Program-made: the position numbers and the translations under genes | Source: Myxococcota bacterium | GTDB taxonomy: Bacteria; Myxococcota; Myxococcia; Myxococcales; Myxococcaceae | Direction of reading: 5' to 3' | Assembly (NCBI GenBank): GCA_049322255.1 | Contig: JBMORE010000002.1 | Coordinates: 1 to 42,698, forward strand | Length of the DNA: 42,698 nt | Shown here: piece by piece, positions 18,631 through 26,837 of the stretch | How the letters are laid out: every line of letters starts with the position of its first letter | How positions within the stretch are numbered: position 1 is the first letter of the stretch | Notes under the pieces: generated by a model | The model's database searches: none | What the model was told of the DNA's origin: nothing | What the model saw: the letters and a program-made list of their open reading frames with translations, nothing else

Positions 18631-19317
18631 GTGGCGGTGGGCGAGGGCTCCGAGCCCAACGACGTCACCCGGCTGCGCGCCGTCGTCGCGGCGGCTCGCG
18701 CGGAGTCGGGCGAGGGGCGCCGCGCGCTCGCCGGGAAGGTGAACGAGCTTCTCATCGAGCTGCGCAAGCAGGGCCACGCGGCAGAGCAGTTCAAGGCCAT
18801 CGTGGAGGAACTGGATGCGGGAGGCTTCAACAACCTCGTGGACGAGGAGAACCGGTACTGTCGCGCAGTGGCTGTGGAGACTCTTCTCGCGATGGGTTTC
18901 CCCTACGCGCTCCACATCGTTCCCGAGGACTTGGAGTTCGCCCGCAGAGAAGAAGCCGCCTTCCGTCTCCTTGCTCCAGCCCGTTGGGGGAAAGCATTGA
19001 ACTCGCCACGCCTGCCTGCGTTGCTGCTCACCACGTCGGGTGGCGTGCTGGCGTTCGAGGCGGTCAAGTGGCTCCAGCAGGGCCGCTTCGGCATGGCTGG
19101 GCTCGCCCTTGCTCAAGTCGCCTTGGGCGTCACAGGCACCTACCTCCTCAAAAAAAGGAGATTCAAGAGGCAGACCTTCCCGGTCCTCGTGCTCTATGGC
19201 TCCGTCCTCGCTGGGCTCGCATTGGGAGCCTTCGCAGAAGGGCTTGGCTTCCTCTCGACGGTGGTCTTCTTCAGCAGCATTCTGACGATCCTAGAGAAAA
19301 GGCCGAAGGACCCGTAG
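18631..19317 (+). CDS. Hypothetical membrane protein (about 4 C-terminal TM helices)
   Basis: CRAVAVETLLAMGFPYALHIVPEDL motif (recalled from myxobacterial hypotheticals), then hydrophobic helices. Confidence 0.7.
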   Translation: MAVGEGSEPNDVTRLRAVVAAARAESGEGRRALAGKVNELLIELRKQGHAAEQFKAIVEELDAGGFNNLVDEENRYCRAVAVETLLAMGFPYALHIVPEDLEFARREEAAFRLLAPARWGKALNSPRLPALLLTTSGGVLAFEAVKWLQQGRFGMAGLALAQVALGVTGTYLLKKRRFKRQTFPVLVLYGSVLAGLALGAFAEGLGFLSTVVFFSSILTILEKRPKDP

Positions 19318-19349
19318 GTGTGGCCCTCACCGCTCTTTGGGTCGCGGTC

Positions 19350-19599
19350 GGACGTCACGAGCAGGTGCTGGTCTCGCGGCAAACCCTATGCCGCGATGGT
19401 GCACGTCGACGACCTGCCCGAAGAGGAACATGACTCCGAGGCCTTTCTCGAAAAGCTGCGTCAGAACGCCAGAAGGAACCCACTTCCCTTCACCGTGGAG
19501 GAATACATCGCGTGGAGCAGAAGAAGGCACTTGTTTTCATCGACTCCGACCCGTTCACGATCGACGTCGCGCATGTCGAAGACCCGCGGGCGCCCGTAA
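19350..19599 (+). pseudogene. Decayed Phd/YefM-like antitoxin
   Basis: EQVLVS in one frame, GKPYAAMVHVDDL in another (shift near 19377); no N-terminus; directly before a PIN ORF. Confidence 0.5.
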
Positions 19600-19895
19600 C
19601 GCGTCGATTCTTGGACGCGATGCGGGCAAGTGGTCGCGGTGTCACGAGTGCCTTCAACGTTCTTGAGGTCGCCGGAGCGGTCTCCCACACCTCGACGCCT
19701 GATGAGGTTGCCCGGCTCACTAAGGTTTTTTCCAAGGACTTCGGTGTGCGGATTGCGCCCCCAGCTGCAGAGTCCATCGTTCTCGACATGCGCGAGATTC
19801 AGGACCGCCTCCGCCGGAGAATGGGTGTCGGGGACGCGATCGTGCTGTGGCAGGCCGAGAGCTACCGGCCAGCCGTCGAAATGCTCGTAAGGTAA
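19512..19895 (+). CDS. PIN-domain (VapC-like) protein, probably C-terminally truncated
   Basis: VFIDSD, TSAFNVLEV, MGVGDAIV acidic motifs; ends at MLVR where the last T/S-x-N/D motif is expected. Confidence 0.65.
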   Translation: MEQKKALVFIDSDPFTIDVAHVEDPRAPVTRRFLDAMRASGRGVTSAFNVLEVAGAVSHTSTPDEVARLTKVFSKDFGVRIAPPAAESIVLDMREIQDRLRRRMGVGDAIVLWQAESYRPAVEMLVR

Positions 19896-19934
19896 GCCCG
19901 TCGAACCCTGGACTGCACTAAGGTGCGCCTGCCC

Positions 19935-22499
19935 GTGATTCACCTGCTCCGCCTCGTTTCCTGGCGCCACCTCGTCGGCGCGCCGCTGCGCTCGACGCTC
20001 ACGGTGCTGGGAGTGGCCGTCGGCGTAGCCACCATGGTGGGGGTCACCGCCATCAACCGCTCGGTGATGGACGCTTTCCGCAGCACGGTGGACACCATCG
20101 CGGGCAAGGCCGACCTGTCCGTGGCCGGCTCGAAGACCGGCTTCGACGACTCGCTGGTCGAGAAAGTGCGCGGCGTGCCAGGCGTGCTGCACGCCGCCGG
20201 CGGGTTGACCGCCATCGTTCCCGTGCACGGCGCTCAGGGTGTGAATCTCTACGTGATGGGCGTCGATCTGCTCGACGACGGCTATTTTCGCACTTACCAA
20301 GGCGTGGACCGCGACATCGGTTCGTTGGCCGACGACCTCGAGTTCTTGAACTCGGTCGACCGCATGTTGGTCTCCGAGCGCTTCGCGGCTGAGCGCCAGC
20401 TGAAGGTCGGCGACTCCTTCCAGTTGATGACCTCCGAGGGCGCGAAGGACTTCGTGGTCCATGCTCTCCTCAAGGAGTCGGGCCCGGTGAAGGCGTTCGG
20501 CGGCTCGGTGGCGGTGATGTACGTGGGCTCGGCGCAAGAGGCCTTCCAACGCGGGCGAAACATCGACCGCATCGACGTGGCGGTGGACCCCGCGGTGGGC
20601 ATCGACGCGGTGCGCGCTTCGTTGCAAGAGGCACTGGGGCCGCAATTCGAAGTCGACCGTCCCAGCCGGCGTGGCGGCAGCGTGGAGAAGATGGTGCGCA
20701 GCTTCCAGATGGGCCTCAACCTGGGCTCGGGGGTGGCGCTCTTGGTGGGGGTGTTCCTCGTCTACAACACCGTGGCCATCGGGGTGCTGCAAAGGCGCCG
20801 AGAGATTGGCACCTTGCGCGCGCTGGGGGCGACCAAGCGGCGCATTCGAGCGCTGTTCACCCTCGAAGCGGTGGTGATGGGCATTCTCGGCACGGCGCTC
20901 GGGCTGCCGTTGGGCGTGCTCATCGCGCGCGGGGCGATTCGGGGCGTGTCGGAGACGGTCACCTCCATCTACGTGCAGGTGAATGCCACCGACGTGAACG
21001 TGGGGCCGGTGGAGCTGTCGCTCGGCATCGCCTTGGGAGTGCTGGGGAGCGCCTTCGCCGCGCTGCGTCCCGCGGTGCTCGCCTCGCGCGTGCAGCCCGT
21101 GGAGGCCCTGCGCCGCGACATCGCCGCCGGCGCCGACGTCGCTTCCTTGCGCTCCACGCCCACAATGTTGGGGGTTGGCCTCCTGCTGGGCGTCTACCCG
21201 GCCACCTTCATCCCCGCGCCGGTCGAGAACCTTCCGGTGGGTGGGTACCTCTCCATCTTCTGTACCTTGATGGGCGCCTCGCTCGTCTCGCCGGTCCTCT
21301 TGCGTTGGCTCCAGCGGGTATACGCGCGGCCTGGAGAGTGGCTCGTGGGGGTGAGTGGCAAGCTCGCCGCCGACAACTTCGCCCGCGCGCCAGCACGTAC
21401 CGCGGTGCCGGTGTCGGCGTTGGCGATCGGGGTGGCGATGACGGTGTGTATCGCCGGCTTCGTCGGCTCCTTCCGGCGCTCCTCGGAGAAATGGATCGAG
21501 CAGTCGGTGCCTGCCGACCTGTTCATCACTTCCTCGGCGAAGGTGGGCGGGGTGCGGAACACCCCCATGCAGCCGGACCTGGCAGAAGAGTTGGCGGCGA
21601 TTCCCGGCGTGGGGCAGGTGGACAAGATTCGTGCGTTTTCTCACGACGTCTTGGGGCTGCGCGTCTACGTCATTTCGCTCATCTCCGACATCTACGACCA
21701 GCACGGCAAGCTGGAGTACCTCGAGGGCCGCCGCCTGAGCGACGAGGAGGAGGATGGCGGCAAAGTCATCATCTCGGAGAACCTCATGCGCCGGCGCAAC
21801 CTGCACGTGGGCGACACCTTCGAGATGAACACCCCCACTGGGAGGCGCACCTACACCGTAGGCGCGGTGATTATCGACTACACCTCCGACCAGGGCACCG
21901 TCTTCATGGACCGGCGCGTCTTCGTCGCACACTTCAAGGACGAGCTGGTCGACACCTTCGAGCTCTACCTTTCCGACCCGTCGCGCCTGGAAGAGGTGCG
22001 CCGCGAGGTGACGGCCCGCTTCGGCCAACGCTACGACCTCTATGTGCTCTCCAACGTCGAGCTGCGCCAAGAGGCCTTCAACCTGGTCGATGGCGCCTTC
22101 AGCGTCACCTACGCCATGGAGGTGGTGGCGGTGCTGCTCGCGCTCTTGGGGGTCATCAACACCTTGCTCGCGGCGGTACTCGACCGCACCCGGGAGATTG
22201 GTCTGCTCCGCGCGGTGGGAGCGGCGCAGGGGCATGTGGTGCGGTTGTTTGTCACCGAGGCAGCGTTGATCGGCCTCTCCGGTGGGCTCATCGGGCTCGT
22301 CGCAGGCGCGGTGATGGGGCTCACCGTGACCAAGGTGGTCGGCGCGCAAGCCACCGGCTGGTCCTTCCCCTTCGTTCTTCCCTGGGCGCTGGGACTGCAG
22401 ATGGTGACGGCGGCGACGGTGTGCGCGGTGGTGGCGGGGTTGTATCCCGCCCGACGAGCGGCGGGCCTCGACGTGGTCGAGGCATTGGCCTACGAGTGA
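19935..22499 (+). CDS. ABC transporter permease (duplicated MacB-PCD/FtsX)
   Basis: RSTLTVLGVAVGVA, QRRREIGTLRALGA, DRTREIGLLRAVGA, YPARRAA..EALAYE; start 19923 or 19935. Confidence 0.93.
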   Translation: MIHLLRLVSWRHLVGAPLRSTLTVLGVAVGVATMVGVTAINRSVMDAFRSTVDTIAGKADLSVAGSKTGFDDSLVEKVRGVPGVLHAAGGLTAIVPVHGAQGVNLYVMGVDLLDDGYFRTYQGVDRDIGSLADDLEFLNSVDRMLVSERFAAERQLKVGDSFQLMTSEGAKDFVVHALLKESGPVKAFGGSVAVMYVGSAQEAFQRGRNIDRIDVAVDPAVGIDAVRASLQEALGPQFEVDRPSRRGGSVEKMVRSFQMGLNLGSGVALLVGVFLVYNTVAIGVLQRRREIGTLRALGATKRRIRALFTLEAVVMGILGTALGLPLGVLIARGAIRGVSETVTSIYVQVNATDVNVGPVELSLGIALGVLGSAFAALRPAVLASRVQPVEALRRDIAAGADVASLRSTPTMLGVGLLLGVYPATFIPAPVENLPVGGYLSIFCTLMGASLVSPVLLRWLQRVYARPGEWLVGVSGKLAADNFARAPARTAVPVSALAIGVAMTVCIAGFVGSFRRSSEKWIEQSVPADLFITSSAKVGGVRNTPMQPDLAEELAAIPGVGQVDKIRAFSHDVLGLRVYVISLISDIYDQHGKLEYLEGRRLSDEEEDGGKVIISENLMRRRNLHVGDTFEMNTPTGRRTYTVGAVIIDYTSDQGTVFMDRRVFVAHFKDELVDTFELYLSDPSRLEEVRREVTARFGQRYDLYVLSNVELRQEAFNLVDGAFSVTYAMEVVAVLLALLGVINTLLAAVLDRTREIGLLRAVGAAQGHVVRLFVTEAALIGLSGGLIGLVAGAVMGLTVTKVVGAQATGWSFPFVLPWALGLQMVTAATVCAVVAGLYPARRAAGLDVVEALAYE

Positions 22500-22525
22500 C
22501 CGAGGCGGGCATAATCGCCTGCGGC

Positions 22526-22915
22526 ATGTCGGGGGCGACCAATACGGCGCAGTTCAACATCCTCTTGGTCGAGGACGAGCCGGTCATCCGCGAGCTGGTG
22601 CGCAGCATGCTCTCCGATGGGGAAGTGACGGTGGAAAGCGCCTCGACCGGTGTGGAGGGGCTCAAGCTCGCGCGGAGCCAGACCTTCGACCTCATCTTGC
22701 TCGACGTGGTGCTCCCGCAGATGGACGGCATCACGCTCTGCCGAATGCTCAAGAGCGACCCCTCCACCTCGATGGTGCCCCTCTACATGCTCACGGCCAA
22801 GGCGAAGAAGGCGGACGTCGAGGCTGCCACCCGGGCCGGGGCGGACGGCTACATTCACAAGCCGTTTCGTGGGGCCGAGCTGATGGAATTGGTGGAGCGG
22901 CTTCGAAAGCGCTAG
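22526..22915 (+). CDS. Single-domain response regulator (CheY-like receiver)
   Basis: ILLVEDE, LILLDVVLPQMDG, MLTA, YIHKPF. Confidence 0.92.
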   Translation: MSGATNTAQFNILLVEDEPVIRELVRSMLSDGEVTVESASTGVEGLKLARSQTFDLILLDVVLPQMDGITLCRMLKSDPSTSMVPLYMLTAKAKKADVEAATRAGADGYIHKPFRGAELMELVERLRKR

Positions 22916-22916
22916 C

Positions 22917-23243
22917 TCAAGGCAGACGGGGGTGGAGGAAGCGCGCGAGCGCGAACAAGTCCTCCCAGTCGAGCTGATCGAACTCCAAACCCACCTCGTC
23001 ACTCCCGCGGCGGCGCACGGTGCATGCGGTGACCACCTCGCGATCGCCGGGCAGTGGAATCGCCACCGCCAGCCGGTCGCGTGGCAGGCCAGGGTCGCTC
23101 ACCAGACACAGGCCGGCCATGGAGAGGTCACGCGCCTTGGCCAAGAGGGCACGACCGTCGACGAGGAGCTTCACCATGAGATTGGCTGGCACGCGCGGGT
23201 GGAAGCGCTCGGCGGGCTCGGTGCGGGAAGGAGCGGTCTGCAT
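22917..23243 (-). CDS. Stand-alone PilZ domain protein
   Basis: RFHPR (RxxxR) and DLSMAG (DxSxxG), VGLEF. Confidence 0.85.
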   Translation of the reverse strand: MQTAPSRTEPAERFHPRVPANLMVKLLVDGRALLAKARDLSMAGLCLVSDPGLPRDRLAVAIPLPGDREVVTACTVRRRGSDEVGLEFDQLDWEDLFALARFLHPRLP

Positions 23244-23278
23244 GGGCTCACCTTTGAGAGCGACAGGCTGGTAGCAGT

Positions 23279-24649
23279 TTGGCTCAGCCGGGCCGCCCCG
23301 CAACTTTTCGGCCAGCGAGGCGCAGCGAGCGAGAGGTGGGAGATCGTCGCAAGCCGTGCTCAGATGTGCGTCGCTTGGGCCATCGACCTACGGCATTGGT
23401 GCTCTCAGGAGGCGGTGCACGCGGCGCGTACGAGGCGGGCATCATTCGCTATCTGCGCGAGGAGCTGCCGCCGTCGGTACGCCCGAGCGTGCGCTTCGAC
23501 ATCTTGTGTGGCTCTTCGGTGGGGGCGATCACCGCGTGTTTTCTCGCGGCGACGATGGACGACCCACCCAACCAAGGCAAGGTACTGGCCTCGCTGTGGT
23601 CGGACCTCACCCTCGAGCAGGTGTACAAAGTTCACGGCCAAGACTTGTGGACGCTGGTGCGCAAGATGTGGCGGGCGGCGACCAACGAGCCGCTTCGGCC
23701 GGAAGGGTGGAGGCTCTATGACATCCTCCACCCCGAGCCGCTGGAGGAGATGGTGCGCACCCACGCCCCCTGGCCGCGCATCTCCGCCAATTTGGCAAAA
23801 GGCCTGTTCCTCGCCCTCTCGGTGTCGGCCACCAAGATCAGCTCGGGCTCCACCATCGTGTTCGTTCAGCGAAGGGAAGGCGGCGTGCCGGCGTGGAGCC
23901 GCGACCCCTACAACATCGCGCGAGAAGCCATCATCGGACCGGAGCACGCGCTGGCTTCGGCGGCGATCCCGCTGCTCTTCCGATCGGTGAAAATTAGCGA
24001 CGAGTACTTCTGCGACGGCAGCGTGCGACAGAACACACCCTTGTCGCCCGCCCTGCGCCTGGGGGCGGAAAAGGTGCTCATCATCTCTTTGCGGTATCGC
24101 CCCAAGGGCCTTCCTCCCGGGCGGCCGCTCAAGGGTTACCCCACCACCCCGTTGCTGATGGGCAAGGTGCTCAACGCGCTGATGCTCGACCACACCGATT
24201 ACGACCTGGATCGCTTGCGCCGCTTCAATGCGTTGCTCGAGGCGGGCGAGGCCACCTTCGGGGCAGATTTCATTCCCAAGATGAACGAGACGGTGCAGCG
24301 AATGCGCGGGCAGCCCTATCGCCTGGTGCAGGACATGGTCTTACGGCCCTCACGCGACATCGCCACCATCGCCGCTTCCCACGCCAAGAAGCGCCGCATC
24401 CGCGACGCGAGCGCGGTGACGTTGCCCACCAAGCTCTTGCACCGCATCGCCCAGAGCCAGCTGATGACCGAGGCGGACTTGGCGAGCTACCTGCTTTTCG
24501 ACGGCGACTACGCCAAAGACCTGATGACCCTGGCGATGGAAGACGCTCACGCCCAGCGTGAGGAGTTGATGGCGTTCTTCGCCGATGACACGTCTCGCCG
24601 TCCGCGCCGCGGGATGGACGACGTGCCTCCGGACCCGAAGGTCGCCTAA
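23279..24649 (+). CDS. Patatin-like phospholipase (true start may be GTG 23336 or 23366)
   Basis: LVLSGGGARG, GSSVG nucleophile, ASAAIP, DGS catalytic Asp. Confidence 0.9.
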   Translation: MAQPGRPATFRPARRSEREVGDRRKPCSDVRRLGHRPTALVLSGGGARGAYEAGIIRYLREELPPSVRPSVRFDILCGSSVGAITACFLAATMDDPPNQGKVLASLWSDLTLEQVYKVHGQDLWTLVRKMWRAATNEPLRPEGWRLYDILHPEPLEEMVRTHAPWPRISANLAKGLFLALSVSATKISSGSTIVFVQRREGGVPAWSRDPYNIAREAIIGPEHALASAAIPLLFRSVKISDEYFCDGSVRQNTPLSPALRLGAEKVLIISLRYRPKGLPPGRPLKGYPTTPLLMGKVLNALMLDHTDYDLDRLRRFNALLEAGEATFGADFIPKMNETVQRMRGQPYRLVQDMVLRPSRDIATIAASHAKKRRIRDASAVTLPTKLLHRIAQSQLMTEADLASYLLFDGDYAKDLMTLAMEDAHAQREELMAFFADDTSRRPRRGMDDVPPDPKVA

Positions 24650-24729
24650 GTCTTCGAAATTCCGTCGCTGGCGTCAGGCACGCCGGGTGAATCCAACGCC
24701 TTCCGACTCGCTTTCCTTCGGAGGTCGTC

Positions 24730-25167
24730 ATGGATTCCCCCCACCGTATTCAACCCACTGCTTTCACTCCCACCGTTGGCCGCCAGACCCCCAAGGTCGA
24801 GTTCGGCGAGGTTCTGGCGCACACCATTCGTCGCGTGGCTCACGTCGGAGGTGCACTCGCCAGCGGCATGGCCACCGGGATACCGGTGGTGAGCGCGGCG
24901 GTCTCGGGAATCCAGTCGATGGTGACGGCCGCCTCCTCCGTACGGGGCTCGGCGGTGGCGCCCATCGGGTCGCGTGCCTCTGCTTCCACCGCCGAAGCGG
25001 TGCAGCCGGACAGCACCGCGCTCCTCGACCTGCAGAGCCAGCAGAGCGAGTACTACCTCAAGCTCCAGTGGGAGATGCAGCGCGAGAGCCGCGAGTTCAA
25101 CGCGCTCTCCAACGTGCTCAAGGTCCGGCACGACTCGGCAAAGGCCGCGATCAACAACATCCGTTAG
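24730..25167 (+). CDS. Putative T3SS needle/filament subunit (SctF/PrgI-like C-terminal helix)
   Basis: GGAGG SD; C-terminus LQWEMQRESREFNALSNVLKVRHDSAKAAINNIR resembles recalled PrgI; first gene before sctI-sctJ. Confidence 0.55.
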   Translation: MDSPHRIQPTAFTPTVGRQTPKVEFGEVLAHTIRRVAHVGGALASGMATGIPVVSAAVSGIQSMVTAASSVRGSAVAPIGSRASASTAEAVQPDSTALLDLQSQQSEYYLKLQWEMQRESREFNALSNVLKVRHDSAKAAINNIR

Positions 25168-25177
25168 GGAGGCTGCC

Positions 25178-25570
25178 ATGGCGATCGACAAGATTTCGGG
25201 TGCTGGCGCTTCCCCGCCGGTGCCCGTGGCGGACGCTGGCAAGGAAAAGTTCGGAAAGGTTCTCTCCGCGGCGCGTCTTGCGAACCCCCAACAGGTCGCG
25301 CGGACTGGTCAGTTGGAACCGTGCGCACCGTCCAAGGCGCAACCCGCTCGGTCGCTGAAGGCTGCCGAGGTGCTCGACCAAGTGAGCGCGGCACAGAAAC
25401 GGCTCGATCAGGTGCTGGCCATGGCCCAATCGGGCAAGACCTTCACCCCGGCAGAGCTGTTGGCGATGCAGGCGCACGTCTACCGCGCCAGCCAAGAACT
25501 CGATCTGGCCGGGAAGGTCGTCGAGAAGGCCACCAACGGCGTCAAACAAATTCTCCAGACACAGGTGTGA
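25178..25570 (+). CDS. Putative T3SS inner-rod protein (SctI/YscI/HrpB-like)
   Basis: C-terminus PAELLAMQ..ELDLAGKVVEKATNGVKQILQTQ matches the SctI pattern; directly before sctJ; GGAGG SD. Confidence 0.7.
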   Translation: MAIDKISGAGASPPVPVADAGKEKFGKVLSAARLANPQQVARTGQLEPCAPSKAQPARSLKAAEVLDQVSAAQKRLDQVLAMAQSGKTFTPAELLAMQAHVYRASQELDLAGKVVEKATNGVKQILQTQV

Positions 25571-25587
25571 AGGAGGAGCGCCCTTCC

Positions 25588-26385
25588 ATGAAGCTCCAAC
25601 GATTGACCTGCTTTCTTTTCGCCAGCGCCGTGTGGGTCACCGGTTGCCGCTCGCAGATTCAGCAATCGCTCGACGAGCGACAGGCCAACGAGCTGCAGAC
25701 CGTGCTGGTTGAGCGGGGGTTCGATGCGCGCAAGGTGCCGGTGTCAGGCAAGAAACCAGCTTGGGCGGTGGAGGTCCCCAATGAACAGGCGTCCGATGCC
25801 GTTCGGGTTCTTGCCGAGCTGGGGCTTCCGAGGGCAACGGTGCCGACGACGATGGATGTCCTCGGCCGCGGAGGCCTCGTCCCCACGCCTGCCGAAGAGC
25901 GAGCGCGAATGGTCGTCGGCCTCGCGGGAGACCTTGCGCGGACGCTCGAGTCACTCGACGGAGTCGCCTCAGCCCATGTGCATTTGGTGCTGCCACCGCC
26001 AGCGCGATCTGGACAGGCTCCAGTCGAGGCCAAGGCTTCTGCGCTGGTGAGAGCTTCCCCCGGAGCGGCGGCTCGAGTGACCCAGATCAGGGAAGAGCTG
26101 AAGGCGCTCATTGCTGGAGGCGTCGAGGGGTTGACCGCGGGCAACGTGACGTTGGTGGTGAGCGAGGTGGCCACTCACGTGCAAAGCCCGGTGGCGGGGT
26201 CGTCGCCGGTGACTCGCCTGCGAGTCTTGCTGACGGCGATGGGCATCACCGTGTCGGTGCTCGCGGTCGTGATGGTGCTGTTGACGCTGCGGATCCGTCA
26301 CTTCCGAAACTTGGTGACGAGGGCGTCACCCACCGCGAAACCTCAGCCGAGCCCGCCGCCCCACGTCGCCCGCCGCGCGGCCTAG
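25588..26385 (+). CDS. sctJ: T3SS inner-membrane ring lipoprotein SctJ (YscJ/PrgK family)
   Basis: Lipobox VTGC, LDERQANE, LGLPR, GLVPTPAEERAR, TLESLDGVASAHVHLVLP, ASALV, IAGGVEGL, C-terminal TM. Confidence 0.92.
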   Translation: MKLQRLTCFLFASAVWVTGCRSQIQQSLDERQANELQTVLVERGFDARKVPVSGKKPAWAVEVPNEQASDAVRVLAELGLPRATVPTTMDVLGRGGLVPTPAEERARMVVGLAGDLARTLESLDGVASAHVHLVLPPPARSGQAPVEAKASALVRASPGAAARVTQIREELKALIAGGVEGLTAGNVTLVVSEVATHVQSPVAGSSPVTRLRVLLTAMGITVSVLAVVMVLLTLRIRHFRNLVTRASPTAKPQPSPPPHVARRAA

Positions 26386-26393
26386 GGAGCCGA

Positions 26394-26837
26394 ATGATGG
26401 CCCGCTCGATCCATGAAACGACCCGAATTCTCGCCGTGAGCACGAGGGTGGTGGAAGTGCCCGGAGAGAGCCAACCAGAGCGAATCGCTTTGTTTGCCTG
26501 CGCCCTCGACAAAGGCGGGGTGCTGACGTTGCTCGAGTCCTTCGCCGCCGTTCAAAGGTCGGAAGCCGAAACCGCGGCACGCTCGGCCCTTCGGTGGGGT
26601 TCAGCACTCCGGCAGGCGCGCTTGGAGCGGGTGTTCGGAATCAGAGACGGTGCAGAGCGCGCGGCGCGGGCGCTGTTGGCGCAGGCCGGTCATCACCTAC
26701 GTCGGGAGGCTTTTAGAGGGTTGCCCTCCTTTTTGCGGTCGCACTTTCCCACCCTGCAGCTCGACCTCGCCCAGCCCGCTGGATCTCCCATGGTGCGGGT
26801 CTTTGCCCAACGCCTCGTTCGGGAAGCCATTCGCTAA
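26394..26837 (+). CDS. Hypothetical protein in the SctK/OrgA position
   Basis: Helical ORF directly after sctJ; start uncertain; function by position only. Confidence 0.5.
   Translation: MMARSIHETTRILAVSTRVVEVPGESQPERIALFACALDKGGVLTLLESFAAVQRSEAETAARSALRWGSALRQARLERVFGIRDGAERAARALLAQAGHHLRREAFRGLPSFLRSHFPTLQLDLAQPAGSPMVRVFAQRLVREAIR

Noticed and set aside
19461..22349. Very long antisense ORFs (also 1353..3452, 31265..33352, 35493..37847, 40852..42483)
   Set aside because: Shadow frames of well-supported genes in high-GC DNA, with no motifs of their own
25178..25570. HrpB ATP-dependent helicase (name confusion)
   Set aside because: 130 aa with no Walker or DEAH motifs; the resemblance is to the T3SS rod protein HrpB/YscI
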